This document shows positions 1 to 11,460 of a stretch of 64,000 nucleotides of DNA, piece after piece. The notes under the pieces are model-generated. The model was not told the origin of the DNA and searched no databases. It saw only the letters and a list, made by a program, of their open reading frames with translations. How positions within the stretch are numbered: the first letter of the stretch is position 1; every line of letters begins with the position of its first letter. This DNA is from Histomonas meleagridis 2922-C6/04-290x. Taxonomy: Eukaryota; Protista; Parabasalia. The stretch is from positions 1 to 64,000 of the forward strand of contig JAANOX010000142.1 of assembly GCA_020184695.1 (NCBI GenBank), read 5' to 3'. Both the position numbers and the translations under genes were made by a program.

Positions 1-293
1 TGAGTTAATGTTATTTCGATGTTGGGTTGTTCGTAATATATTCTGGAAACTTGATCATCTGTATCTGGTTTAAATGTGAAGAAAATATCTTTAGAAGCAA
101 GCCACTCTTCATATCCTTCTGGGTATGGCGGAAGTGGAAGTGGATCAAGTGATGTTAAATATTGCACAACTCCATATTTATCAATTTCGTGGACATGAAA
201 ATCAGAATATTTATGTTTAATAATTCCAGTCATCCCCTTTAAATTATTGACAAAGCATATGCACCCAACTTCCTCTTCACGAACAGAGCTCAT
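1..293 (-). CDS. PUS7: tRNA pseudouridine synthase Pus7/TruD family, 5' part (runs off window start; absent from ORF track)
   Basis: Manual translation from ATG at 293: MSSVREEEVGCICFVNNLKGMTGIIKHKYSDFHVHEIDKYGVVQYL. This matches the Pus7 N-terminal pattern (E.DVGI..F...G.IK.RY.DF.V.EID..G). Confidence 0.75.
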   Translation of the reverse strand, partial: MSSVREEEVGCICFVNNLKGMTGIIKHKYSDFHVHEIDKYGVVQYLTSLDPLPLPPYPEGYEEWLASKDIFFTFKPDTDDQVSRIYYEQPNIEITLT

Positions 294-447
294 TGAGTTC
301 AGGGCACCCTAAATGGTTGGTTCAAATTTGACTTTGACAGTTCTCATACAAAATATTAAAAAATCATACTAACTTTTTGAATATATCTTGAAAAAGTTTA
401 ATGATTTTTAGTGAAAACGTTTAAAACACGTTAAATAAAGCAAACAG

Positions 448-669
448 ATGGAAGGGCTGCCGCCAGAAGTCGAAAAAATTAAAGAACGTGTATTCCCTAC
501 TCTTTTAAAAGGATTGACAGCTCTTTGTAAAGAGAAACCAGAAGATCCCATACGTTATCTTGCAAATTGGCTTATCGAAAACAATCCCTACAGACCTCGC
601 TCAGTTGTTCCTTCTGATCCGGATATATCAACTCCTTATGCTTCTCGAGGACAAACACCGAATTACTAA
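448..669 (+). CDS. DPY-30 motif protein
   Basis: PTLLKGLTALCKEKPEDPIRYLANWL is a Dpy-30/RIIa-like dimerisation motif. Confidence 0.8.
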   Translation: MEGLPPEVEKIKERVFPTLLKGLTALCKEKPEDPIRYLANWLIENNPYRPRSVVPSDPDISTPYASRGQTPNY

Positions 670-898
670 TAAAATAAAAATATTTTTAAAATCAATCTCA
701 ATATTTTCCAATAAATGCTTTGCTACCACACTTTGGGAGTATCGGTGAGATTATATCGATTACAAAATTGGAATTCCAATTTTTTTTAGATTAATCTTTT
801 CTTTGGAAATTACGATAGAAACATTCAATATAACGATAGCAAATTTTCTGGAGAAAAAACGTTTTTAGCATTGAATTCCATTTAAATGAAATATCTGT

Positions 899-1885
899 TT
901 ATTGATTTGCGTTTCCAAGTGCAGTGAGGACTGAAATCTTTGTAGTTTCTTCCTCCATTTCCGCTCTTAATGCTGCTGATTTAGAGTTGAAAGTGTAAAT
1001 ATCGGATATAGATTTAACCTTATTGCAAGGTACAATTAGTGGAACTGCATAATCAACTTCTTCCTCTGGTAATGGTGGGAGACCACGTGCTGCACGCTTT
1101 TCATTGGTTTCTCTTCTTTCTTTAATAAATGCATTTCTCTGTGCATGGTTCTCGCGGACTTTTTCGGCGTCTTTAATGCTATAATTGAGCTCATCATTGA
1201 TGTTGGCAATCTTATCAGCAATGTCCGGAATGTGGCTTTCGAATGATGAATGATCGCGAAGATGAAATACATCTGTAACAAGACTAAATGAGGAGAGAAT
1301 CTGATTAACTATTGTTTCTTCAAGTTTGGTTAATTTGAATGAAACATTAAGTTCTTGAAGAAGATTGTCAAATAACATGGAATTATCAATATTTGGAATT
1401 TCTTCATCAATGCCAAATGGATGCTTGGAAAGGTAGTTCATGGCTTCATCTTTGATACGGAATGCACGAAGGCTGAGGGTGGAGCAACTCATATCAACGA
1501 CAAGACAGAAATATGAAGAGTCTCTCTTTTGTGCAAAATATTGTGCTGGTAAATCGTTGAAATCAAAGCGGCGGCCACAGTTACGTGAAGAATACCAACC
1601 AACATTCTCAAGATCATAATTTAATTTTTGAACATTGTTAAGATGATCAATTGTGAATTTTTCTACATCTGCATCATAGTTTTTTATATCTTGTTCCTCT
1701 GTAGGACGTTTTGGATAAAGACGAGAGAAATTTGGGAAAGTATGTGTAACTTCAATTGGAGCACCATTTCCATCAGAAGGCATTCCATATAAACGACCTG
1801 TAGAGAAATCACTGGATGGGCCCATTTTGATGTCTTTGATAATTTGAAAGAGTGCTGCAGGTGAAAGTGTTACGCTTAAGGTCAT
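899..1885 (-). CDS. EIF3H: Eukaryotic translation initiation factor 3 subunit H (inactive MPN domain)
   Basis: MPN-like N-terminus (IEVTHTFP, ENVGWYSS) and an eIF3h-typical C-terminal NEKRAARGLPPLPEEE segment. First ATG is at 1885; the ORF track begins upstream at a non-ATG codon. Confidence 0.7.
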   Translation of the reverse strand: MTLSVTLSPAALFQIIKDIKMGPSSDFSTGRLYGMPSDGNGAPIEVTHTFPNFSRLYPKRPTEEQDIKNYDADVEKFTIDHLNNVQKLNYDLENVGWYSSRNCGRRFDFNDLPAQYFAQKRDSSYFCLVVDMSCSTLSLRAFRIKDEAMNYLSKHPFGIDEEIPNIDNSMLFDNLLQELNVSFKLTKLEETIVNQILSSFSLVTDVFHLRDHSSFESHIPDIADKIANINDELNYSIKDAEKVRENHAQRNAFIKERRETNEKRAARGLPPLPEEEVDYAVPLIVPCNKVKSISDIYTFNSKSAALRAEMEEETTKISVLTALGNANQ

Positions 1886-1975
1886 TCGAATTAGTGGCCA
1901 AACCAAGAGGGGGTGCCCCAATAAAAGTGGCATAAAATTTTGGAAACAAATTTTTATCAAATAAACACTTTATAA

Positions 1976-2671
1976 TTATTTTTGGGCATCAAGCATGTCA
2001 ATTTGAGCCTTAGTCATTTGTCCTAATCTTTTTAAAAACGCAATTTCATCAGCATAATCTTTTTCTCGAAGTGATCGATTTTCTGCAAGTTTTTTCTCAA
2101 GATTATCTAGCTTTATGTGTAAATCGTTCGCTTTAAGTTCTAGTGTTCTTAATCGGTCTTTTAGTTCAGCATTACGCGATTCTAATTCAGGTATTTCTAA
2201 TTCAACAAGTTTTGCTTTTCTGTTTCCCCAATCTAAAGAGTTATTGTAAAGATCTTTGTATGCGTCCAAAGTTGTTCGGTAATGCTTACGTATGCGCATC
2301 AATAATTTTCCTCTTGGGTTGCAATCAACAGTGACTTGACGAATAATTTCATCAAAACATTGAGAATAAAGTTCAGATCTAATCATACATATACCATTAT
2401 TTTTTGCTTTTTCTGTTTGGAGTAAGGATTGAAACTGTTCTTTTAATTTTATTACATCACTCTTTGTAGCAGCACTTGTACTAACATTTTGTCTGTACGT
2501 TATCCCATCTTCCTCAAACTCAATTGGAGGAAACATTGAATTTATAACATCTCGATTCATATTATCATAACTAGAACTACCAATTTTTTTCTTCTGTGTT
2601 TGATTTTGATCCTTTCCTTCTGTAGAAACAGGAGGATCCCACTTCAGGAGTTCGTTTCTTTTAAGTTCCAT
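1976..2671 (-). CDS. DNALI1: Axonemal dynein light intermediate chain p28
   Basis: LLKWDPPV, ATKSDVIKL, GICMIRSELYSQCFDEIIRQVTVDC.PRG.LL.RIR motifs followed by a C-terminal coiled coil. Confidence 0.9.
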   Translation of the reverse strand: MELKRNELLKWDPPVSTEGKDQNQTQKKKIGSSSYDNMNRDVINSMFPPIEFEEDGITYRQNVSTSAATKSDVIKLKEQFQSLLQTEKAKNNGICMIRSELYSQCFDEIIRQVTVDCNPRGKLLMRIRKHYRTTLDAYKDLYNNSLDWGNRKAKLVELEIPELESRNAELKDRLRTLELKANDLHIKLDNLEKKLAENRSLREKDYADEIAFLKRLGQMTKAQIDMLDAQK

Positions 2672-2758
2672 CCAACAAAACGAATTTAGCCGTAAAAACG
2701 TTTATTTTATAAAGAAGACGTTAATTTGTTTTCCATGTTCATTCATCATTCTGTTTAT

Positions 2759-3753
2759 ATGGGATTTCTTTCTATTTTAGAACAAGTCGTATTTAAAATA
2801 AATCAAGAAAATTTTAATTCTTCAATTCAACAAACAATAGAATTATGTTTCTATTCATTTGATTTTATGATAAGAAAATGGTCGTCTTTGTATTTACACA
2901 AAAGAATGAAAATGATGATCTTTATTTAAATTATTTAAAAGCAATGAATAAAAAGTATAACAGTAAAATATTTCAAATTTTTAACGATATTATTTCTCAC
3001 ACCAATTCTCAGGAAGCATTTTATATAATTGAAAAAATGATTGAACAAAAATTAATAAAATCATTTGGTAATATTATCAAAAATATTAAATCGTTATATT
3101 TTTGCGCATCATGTATCACATTCTGATAATATATCATACAAAAATAAACTAATTCATTAGAAAATATTGATGATGATAATAATAATAATGAAAAAGCATT
3201 CATTATATATTTTTTAGATAACTTTGAAGAACTATCAAAGAATGATTGGGAACTTCATAAGCAATTAATTAAAGAAGGACATAATCCAAATGAAATTGCA
3301 ACAATAATTCGAAATGATGAAATAGAAAAACTTCAAGAAATATCATCACAAACGAATTTTAATTATAATCAAACAATTAAGCCATCACTAGATGAAATAT
3401 GTACATTTATTAATCAAAGAAATGTTACATTAATTGATAATGCAGCATTTTTTGAGTCGATAATATGTTTTAAATATTTGTTATTAAATGGTTCTAATGT
3501 AATTAACACAGGTGAATATGCAATTACAAGTGGAAATTTAAAAATAATTCATTTATGTGAACAAAATCATTCATCATTTAAAGATGCATATGAAACGGCA
3601 ATCGAAATTCATCGAAATGATATCTTTAAATATATTTATGAAAATAAATAAGAAGAAAATAATGTTTTGGAAAAAATTGGAGCCAAATGTATCTTATATC
3701 ATAATTATGAAATTTTTGAATTTTTACTTGAAAAAGGAATGAAAATTAATTAA
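2759..3753 (+). pseudogene. Decayed DUF3447 (ankyrin-family N-terminal region) paralog
   Basis: Fragments such as ELSKNDWELHKQLIKEGHNPNEIA and EKLQEISSQTNF are near-identical to the intact loci. They are broken by stops and frameshifts, and no ankyrin array follows. Confidence 0.8.
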
Positions 3754-4248
3754 TGTTGATATAATTAATACATCAGTAAAAATTGCTATTTAACTATATC
3801 TATATAGTATTACGGAAATACAACATATATTTTAATTTTTATTTGTTTGGATAGAAATTTTCGAAGTGACTTAAAATGTTCTTATCCAAAAATGTAAATT
3901 TTGATAAATTTTATCATAATAAATTTGTATAATAAGTTCAGATTCTGTATGAATCGTGCGTGTGTTTATGTCAAAGAAAAAATCACCATGCATATTTAGC
4001 TTTACTAAATTTACAAAAAAGATTAGATGATGGATCAAACTAAATTTCCCAGAAAGTTAGTAAATTTGTTAGTGTAATTTTGTAATTGTAATCTCGTAAA
4101 GAAGTTAAATTTTATAAATTTTTGTTCTTGAATCAAAATAACTAAAGATCTTCTGTTTTATTGTTTTTAAACAAAAACACAAAACTATTTAAGATTCCAA
4201 ATGATTTTGATTCCATACCGAAACAAAAATTTTTCATTTTTTTGTGTG

Positions 4249-5727
4249 ATGGAAGTAATCGACCAAAATTCAAAAAATCCATCACAAATTTCGAAAAGCT
4301 ATGTTCAAGTAACACATTATAATTGTGTTTCCACAGGGAATCCTCAACCATCAAATCTTGGGTTTCTTGTTCAACCATTTCCTTCATCATTATTTAATCC
4401 AAAATCTTCTGTATTTTCAGATGAAAAAATTTTTCGATGCTCCTCGTGTGGTGGATTTTACAATAAATTTAACCAAAGATTAAATGATTCATTTCAATGT
4501 TCTTTATGTGGATCAACAACAAAACTCATAAAATATACAGACGAAACCAGCACAGAATACACAGATGAAGTTTATGATGTTTTTACAAGTACAAAATATG
4601 CAGTCCGTACAAGTTTTGTCCCAACAGATTTTTTTATCATTTCACTTTCTCTCTTACAACACAAGCCAGAAATTTTTGATTTAATTTTTAAGTACTGTAA
4701 ATCAACATATCAAATGAAACAAGTTGGCATTGCAATTTTTCATGGTTCATTAGATGTTTTCAAATTCAGAGACGTATTCACAGTTCAAAGGTTTGTTGAT
4801 GACATTATCATTGGACGTCCTTCCCAATATTTTATTGCATCACCTGGTTTTTGTGAATATTTAAATCTAATCAAAGTAAATATCAATTCATTAACATACT
4901 CACCGCAAAGTATTTCTCTTGAAAGTTTTTCAAATTTCATTTTACAGATCACTTCTTCATTTGGTTCTTCACTTCATCTAATATTAGATGAAAATGATTT
5001 TCATCACATGTCACATTTTCAATCTTTTCGCTCAAATGCTATCCAAATATCCAAATTTGGTGGTCAAGTATCTTTATTAGCATTTGTTAATGATCTTCAA
5101 TATCGAAATCCACTCATTGATTTGCCGATCATAACCGGCGGTTATTTAAAGATCCTTAATTCGAACATAAGTAACAATGATTTTTGTGGTGTTTTCTCTT
5201 CACTTTTAAATCGTTACTTATATCATGATGCATTTATATATGTAATAGCTCCAGATCATCTTGGGATTTCTGATTATGCAGGAAAAGGAATTCTTAAAAC
5301 AAGTAAAAGTATAAATGTACCAAAAATTGAAGTTGGTGATACATTTTACTTTACTTTTGATTCCTCAAAAGTTAAACATCCATATATACAATTCATTATA
5401 TTTTTCACAACGCAAATGAATGTAAATAAGTTTCGAATTATAACTTTTCCGTTTTTTTATGAAGTTTATAATCAACAAATAATGAGTGCTTACGTGTCTG
5501 CGATGATTGCGCAGAGACTACTTATCGAGGGAACAAATGTTGCATTGGAACTGCTTGAAAATTATGAAAAAATGTTTGGAAAAAATTCAAATGAAACAAA
5601 TACCGCAAAATATTTATTGAGTTGTAATAAATTGGATAAACAGTTGGAAATAGCATTGACGCTAAGGGACGGTGAAAAGAAATATCAAAGAATGCTAAAT
5701 GTTGAATCTAAGCATAATGAAGCATAG
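4249..5727 (+). CDS. Sec23/Sec24-family COPII coat protein, divergent
   Basis: Zinc finger RCSSCGGFYN...FQCSLCGS preceded by FLVQPF, followed by a vWA-like trunk. ATG at 4249 lies just downstream of a TCATT motif. Confidence 0.7.
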   Translation: MEVIDQNSKNPSQISKSYVQVTHYNCVSTGNPQPSNLGFLVQPFPSSLFNPKSSVFSDEKIFRCSSCGGFYNKFNQRLNDSFQCSLCGSTTKLIKYTDETSTEYTDEVYDVFTSTKYAVRTSFVPTDFFIISLSLLQHKPEIFDLIFKYCKSTYQMKQVGIAIFHGSLDVFKFRDVFTVQRFVDDIIIGRPSQYFIASPGFCEYLNLIKVNINSLTYSPQSISLESFSNFILQITSSFGSSLHLILDENDFHHMSHFQSFRSNAIQISKFGGQVSLLAFVNDLQYRNPLIDLPIITGGYLKILNSNISNNDFCGVFSSLLNRYLYHDAFIYVIAPDHLGISDYAGKGILKTSKSINVPKIEVGDTFYFTFDSSKVKHPYIQFIIFFTTQMNVNKFRIITFPFFYEVYNQQIMSAYVSAMIAQRLLIEGTNVALELLENYEKMFGKNSNETNTAKYLLSCNKLDKQLEIALTLRDGEKKYQRMLNVESKHNEA

Positions 5728-6012
5728 AGAAAAAGTTTTGCTTGTGTAACATTTGTTCTTATTAATAAAAATTGGTTTCATTAAATTTTCTAAAAATAAC
5801 ATTTTTATGAAACAGTATAGTATATATGCGAAACTTTTGGTACTATCATAAATTGCCATGCTCTATTCATAAAAAAAATTAATTAAGTTTTATAAATTGT
5901 GTATAAGAAAATATTCACGTGAAAACTTGATGCATCCATTCTTTTAATTCAGTGTGTCAATTGTTTATTACTTTAGATCACATTAATCTCTTCATTTTCT
6001 TGATATAGAGAA

Positions 6013-6196
6013 ATGGGTACAGTACATTTTTCATACGCTCAAGCTTAAAAGGTTCGCTTTCACACTCCAAAGGTTCCAAAGATGGAAAAGGAAAAGCCAG
6101 TACGTGATCGAGGAGCATTATAACAAATATTATCTTTCAATTAATCCTGATGCAGAAAGTTGGTTCAAACTCAAAAAATATTTAAACAACAAATGA
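6013..6196 (+). pseudogene. RPS30: Ribosomal protein eS30 pseudogene
   Basis: Translation MGTVHFSYAQA*KVRFHTPKVPKMEKEKPVRDRGAL*, then a frameshift to KYYLSINPDAESWFKL. This resembles eS30 ([26 protein letters not shown]). Confidence 0.7.
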
Positions 6197-6895
6197 TTTT
6201 ATGATATTATTTGTGCAATATTGGTTCTAATAGTTCAATATATCTGTTAAGAAATTGATGTTTTTTCAATATATTAAAAACTGCAATTATGGTTCCATCT
6301 CAACCCCTTGTTGATTGACTGAAAAAGCTAATACTTAGTAAAATAATCAAATAAAAAGTCACTATGTATAAATCTGAATGCTACCAATTTGTATGAAATT
6401 CTTATCATAAAAATTCACTAAAATATTCAGAATCTATAAAATGATCCCTTATGAAATTACATAATGATGCTGACGAATATGACATAGAACAATTGAATGC
6501 TTAATTTTAATTTCACATTTCAAAGTTTGTTTATAAAAGTGATGTCAGAATTCTGTAACACCAAAAATAAAACTGAAGTTAAAAATGAATACATACACAT
6601 TTAATTATGAATATTCTGCATAGATATTTTTGATCTACTTAAACAATACAAATTAAATGAAAATAATCAAGCTAATAATAAGACTCATAAATTAAATACT
6701 TCAAAATGCAGCAATTGCTTAATATTATATTAAATTTTATTTTGTGTAATCGACACTTCGAAATATTTTACATTTTGCCAACACATAAATCTGTAAGTTC
6801 CCAACATGTAAATATTTATAATTGAATTCGATTTGTTTAGAACAAAATTCCACAGGAAGAAATAGAGTTCAAAATGTTTTATTCATTTTAATTAT

Positions 6896-9418
6896 TTAAT
6901 TATTTGCTACATAATCCGACAAGAAAGGGAACACCTTAATTGCGGTCTCAGTAGCGCCCGATCTTTTATTCCACAGTGAAGTTCTTGCCTGTTCTGCAGC
7001 CATCAAAAAGTTTTCTATTTTATTTGGCAATATTTGTTGGAATTGTGTAATCTTTTCTATGTTATATCTTTGCAAGAATCCATCGTAGTCTATTCTTTGC
7101 GGTATCATTTCGTCGGGCTTAAAGTTAAACAACAAATAACTTACCAAATCGTAACTTAAGTCCTTACAAATACTTTCGTTACTATTACCGATTATATTAT
7201 CATTTGGCGAAGAATTCGAAATATTTACAGACATTACTAATGTATTAACAATTTGTCGTAAATAACGTAAATGTAATCCTTCGACAGACTCAAACGCTGT
7301 GATGAATGAATTCCAAACAATCGCCTTCGAAAATGTAAAGCGCATTGGATTGGATAATATTTTATTTGACATTTTTGCGTCTAATAATGTGATGAATTGT
7401 TGTAACAAATAACTATTAATAGCATTAGTAAAGTTAAGTGCTGTACGAACTCCTTCAATCACTTGACGGAAGTCATCTAATAATGGATCAACTTCAAATC
7501 GTGCTGTGCTATAACGATTACATAATACTTCGAAGTTAATTAATAATGATGAGACTAAATCTTTCGATTGTTTGTTAAGTAAATCATTCAGTTTCTCAAT
7601 AAACAATTTGTTACGTGGCGTTTCTAAATGTTCTTTCGTAACATGTGAGTTAACTAATAAGATGATCATTAATGTCGCAAGGAACTTTTCGTCTTTGGCA
7701 TCAACGGGAATACGTTCAAATAAGTCAAGATAGGTCGAGCTTAACGTGTCAAAGTCTTTGTCATTATAGACTTTGGGTTTAAGAAGTTCCGAATGTAACA
7801 AAATAGCAAATGATGGAAAGATGCAACTCGGATATGGACAGTTATGCGCTGCATCAATGTAGACTGGCGTCTTGATTGGCTGGAAGGGATATGATAGGAC
7901 TTTTTGGAAGAGCTCTGTGAACCTGGGAACATTCGGATTGTGCTTAATGACTTCTTTGTCCTTCTTCTTCTTGTCTTTCTTGGACTTCTTAGGTTCGGGT
8001 TTGGCTTCTTCTTCGTCTTCAACAATTGGAGGTGTCTCAATGATGTCTTCATCTTTCTTTGGATTCTCTTCTTCAACTTCTTCCGGCTCTTCCTTCTTCT
8101 CCTTTTTGCCTTTCTTCTTTTCCTTTTTAGGCTTCTCTTCTTCTTCATTTACTTCCTCAGGCTCTTCTTTCTTTTCCTTCTTCTTTTCTTTCTTTGGCTT
8201 CTCCTCTTCAACTTCCTCCGGTTCTTCTTTCTTCTCTTTCTTTTTATCTTTCTTTTCTTTCTTTGGTTTCTCCTCTTCAACTTCCTCCGGTTCTTCTTTC
8301 TTCTCTTTCTTTTTATCTTTCTTTTCTTTCTTTGGCTTCTCTTCTTCTTCATTTACTTCTTCAGGTTCCTCTTTCTTCTCTTTCTTTTCCTTCTTCTTGT
8401 CTTTCTTTGGTTTCTCTTCGTCTTCGTCTTCTACAATTGGCGGAATTTCTTCTTTCTGCTTTTTGTCCTTCTTCTCTTTCTTTGGCTTTTCTTCTTCTTT
8501 AACTTCTTCAGGTTCTTCTTTCTTTTCTTTTTTGTCTTTCTTCTTCTCTTTCTTTGGTTGCTCTTCTTCTTCATCCTCTACAGCTGGAGTTTCTTCGTTC
8601 TCTTCTTCGATTTGTGGTTTTTCTTCTTTTTCTTTCTTCTGTTTCTTTGACTTCTTCTTCTTTTCTTCGATTTGTGGGATTTCATCTTCATCTTCAACAA
8701 CAGGGACTTCTATTTCATCTTTAGCTGGCTTCTTTGGCTTCTTCACTTTCTTCATTTGCTTCTTTTTGTAGGATTCGTTTTCTTCTGGTGAAGTTTTGGA
8801 AACTTTTCGAACTTTTTTCTTGACTGATCGTTGATCTTCATTTTGCCCAGAGCCTTTATGTGTGTTAAGTTTCTTTATCTTCTTTGGTGAGTCATCATTT
8901 GCTTCAGGTTCAACTTCTGTCTTATCCCATTGATTAATTCGGATCTTGGCTGGTGTTTTCTCAACAAATGAAACATCTTCCTTATCAAAGTTACCTTCGA
9001 TTTCTTCCCCTTCCTTTCGAAGATAAAATGAGACATTAAGAATCGGTGTTATTGATCTTCCACTTTCCATTTCAATTTCCTTCTCAACCATGCCTTTTTC
9101 AAAGTATGGCGAAACATCAAGTAAAAGCTTTCCATATATTTTTGAGGTTGTTGGACCAGTCATACGATTAAGTTGGATTTGAACATGTTTTGGACGTGGT
9201 TTTTTATCACTCTTTGAAATGTACATGGTACATCTAGCATCAAAACTGGCTTCAAAATTTATTACACCTTTTTCATTTGGTCTGACAATATCTGATGTAC
9301 CTTTGGTTTCACCACGTTCAAAAGATATTCTAAATTCATCTCTCATTTTTCTTTTGAGATCAACACTGTGGAAAGTAATGGTTAAAGTAGAATCGATTTT
9401 AATGTATTTGGAGAACAT
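6896..9418 (-). CDS. NT-C2 (EEIG1/EHBP1-type) domain protein with K/E-rich repeat linker and possible Dilute-like C-terminal domain
   Basis: N-terminal beta-rich ISFERGETKG...GVINFEASF...YGKLLLDVS pattern, a central KE repeat region and a helical C-terminus. Confidence 0.6.
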   Translation of the reverse strand: MFSKYIKIDSTLTITFHSVDLKRKMRDEFRISFERGETKGTSDIVRPNEKGVINFEASFDARCTMYISKSDKKPRPKHVQIQLNRMTGPTTSKIYGKLLLDVSPYFEKGMVEKEIEMESGRSITPILNVSFYLRKEGEEIEGNFDKEDVSFVEKTPAKIRINQWDKTEVEPEANDDSPKKIKKLNTHKGSGQNEDQRSVKKKVRKVSKTSPEENESYKKKQMKKVKKPKKPAKDEIEVPVVEDEDEIPQIEEKKKKSKKQKKEKEEKPQIEEENEETPAVEDEEEEQPKKEKKKDKKEKKEEPEEVKEEEKPKKEKKDKKQKEEIPPIVEDEDEEKPKKDKKKEKKEKKEEPEEVNEEEEKPKKEKKDKKKEKKEEPEEVEEEKPKKEKKDKKKEKKEEPEEVEEEKPKKEKKKEKKEEPEEVNEEEEKPKKEKKKGKKEKKEEPEEVEEENPKKDEDIIETPPIVEDEEEAKPEPKKSKKDKKKKDKEVIKHNPNVPRFTELFQKVLSYPFQPIKTPVYIDAAHNCPYPSCIFPSFAILLHSELLKPKVYNDKDFDTLSSTYLDLFERIPVDAKDEKFLATLMIILLVNSHVTKEHLETPRNKLFIEKLNDLLNKQSKDLVSSLLINFEVLCNRYSTARFEVDPLLDDFRQVIEGVRTALNFTNAINSYLLQQFITLLDAKMSNKILSNPMRFTFSKAIVWNSFITAFESVEGLHLRYLRQIVNTLVMSVNISNSSPNDNIIGNSNESICKDLSYDLVSYLLFNFKPDEMIPQRIDYDGFLQRYNIEKITQFQQILPNKIENFLMAAEQARTSLWNKRSGATETAIKVFPFLSDYVANN
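8040..8720 (-). repeat. Coding tandem repeats (EEEKPKKEKKDKKKEKKEEPEEV-like, about 60-66 nt unit)
   Basis: Repeated ttcttc/ctttgg units are visible on the + strand. Confidence 0.9.
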
Positions 9419-10047
9419 ATTCTGCTTTTTATGTGAGAATTTAACCGCTTACAGTGGAAAATCAGAGGGAAATGATCGCTATCATGCACTTTTTGATAAT
9501 ATCTCGATAATTCAAAGTCCGATCTTTTTCCATACAATGTGCACCTCACAAAGAGATAAATGAGTGAAAACTAACTGATGATCTCCCACAAAAGTAGATT
9601 TCAAAAAGCTGATATGGGCGCTACAAACCTGACCAACAGGTTACAATCCATTGCAATTATTTCGACAACCTAAAAAATAAAACACAAAAAAATGCTCCAT
9701 GTTCAATAACGAACGTCTTCATTTATTTCACAAGATATGAATTTGGAAATTTCCAAATTTTCCATTTCATTTTGAAAAATTGAAAATATGTTTCTTTTGT
9801 AAAATCCACGGCATCATTTTTAAAAATCCAAGCGCAAGGAACTATTATCGATACATTAAAAAATTTGTGCACAAATCAAAAGCATAAATGCAAATTAAAA
9901 AGATATCACACAACACCGAAACAAGAAGACGCCTAATACTTTTTTCCTAATGCTGTGATACTATAGGTTGCTTGTGGAAAGCAAATAAATTTTCATTTCA
10001 CCTGTATTTAAATATTTAAATAAACCATTCAAATGAAATTAGTTTGA

Positions 10048-10902
10048 ATGAGAGGATATGGCAAAGGGTCTCTTGGAGACTCCAAAGATCATAGGAAACA
10101 GAATAACAACCGTGGGAGGGCTATACTCCCAGATAGAGCTCGCCTTGCGATATACCGAGTCATTCAACGAGATCTTGTTTATGTCATTGGAATTCCGGCA
10201 GAGATTGCCAGTGAAGAAATTCTTGAACGCTATGAGTATTTTGGGCAATATGGACCTATTAAGAAGATTGTAATCAATAATCAGACACAACATTCTTCAA
10301 ATTCCATTCGTCCAACAGTTAGCGCCTATGTTACATTTATGAACAACGAAGATGCCCTTGAATGCATCTATGCCCTTGAGGATTTTGTTTACAAAAACCA
10401 TCCCATTAAGGCCTCATTTGGCACCAGCAAATATTGCTCAAATTACTTAAGTGGCGTCAAATGTACCAATGCAGATTGTATGTACCTTCACTACAAAGGT
10501 GATCCAGCGGATTCTTTTGACACAGATGAGATTCAACATAATTCACAAAGATTCATTGAATTAACTCGCCCATTACGTCCAGACGATTATAACGACTACG
10601 AATTCCAAGACGACAGACCAACAGAGCTCCCTCCACGGCGTATTATTCCGAAAGAGAAACCTAAACCAGCGCCAATTGTCGTACAAAAACAACAAAAACC
10701 CAAAGTAAATGTTGTTGTTGAAAAGCAACAAGTAAATACAACAGGAAACACTCAAGTTACTGCGGTTCCAAGCAAGAATATGAACACAGTTCAACCATTA
10801 AAGGTAGATTATAAAAGCGGAGTAAGCCTAACAGAACAATTTTCACTGTCATCAATAACAGTGAGATCGGCTTTCGAAAGAATAAATAAAGAAAATCTAT
10901 AA
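10048..10902 (+). CDS. Not4/CNOT4-like RRM plus C3H zinc-finger protein lacking the RING domain
   Basis: RVIQRDLVYVIGIP...EYFGQYGPIKKIVIN RRM and SFGTSKYC...C.NADCMYLH, both characteristic of Not4. No N-terminal C4C4 RING is present. Confidence 0.8.
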   Translation: MRGYGKGSLGDSKDHRKQNNNRGRAILPDRARLAIYRVIQRDLVYVIGIPAEIASEEILERYEYFGQYGPIKKIVINNQTQHSSNSIRPTVSAYVTFMNNEDALECIYALEDFVYKNHPIKASFGTSKYCSNYLSGVKCTNADCMYLHYKGDPADSFDTDEIQHNSQRFIELTRPLRPDDYNDYEFQDDRPTELPPRRIIPKEKPKPAPIVVQKQQKPKVNVVVEKQQVNTTGNTQVTAVPSKNMNTVQPLKVDYKSGVSLTEQFSLSSITVRSAFERINKENL

Positions 10903-11460
10903 AAAAATTGTTCATCAATTTTTCTCAACGTAATATTTTTTTGTACTTCATTTTTGAATGGAAATAAAGTTGTGAATTTTTTGCATAACCAGATAATAAG
11001 AACACAAAAATTTGTATACATTACAAAATAAACTATTCAATAAACAATAAACACAAAATATATTTATCTCAAAAAATAGCCAATTACTTATAAATTTTTT
11101 TAATGAATGATATATACATATATACTTGATAATTATTTATAAATATTAAGTATCATAAAAATTTATGTTAAACTCTCTGTCAGCAATTGGGTAAATGATA
11201 CAGTAATGCTTCCAAAAGAGTACATATTCTTTTCAACAAAGTATTTTGTAAATGTCATATTTCAAGATTAAGCCTTTAAAATAAATAAATAAAAATTGTT
11301 TTTATAACAACACAAGTAGTTTGGAAAAAACGATAGTATCGGTCCCACTTTTTGATTTTAATTCTGTTAAAGCCGAGCAAAAAGTGCTGCTCATTTTTTA
11401 CAGTTAGTTTCGATCGGCTTTTCTGACAACAAAACGGTTATTATTCAATTTCCTTTTATC

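Noticed and set aside
7741-8771. Long overlapping ORFs (7872-8771, 7904-8650 and others) rich in F/S/L or K/R
   Set aside because: They are antisense or alternative-frame shadows of the K/E-rich coding repeat.
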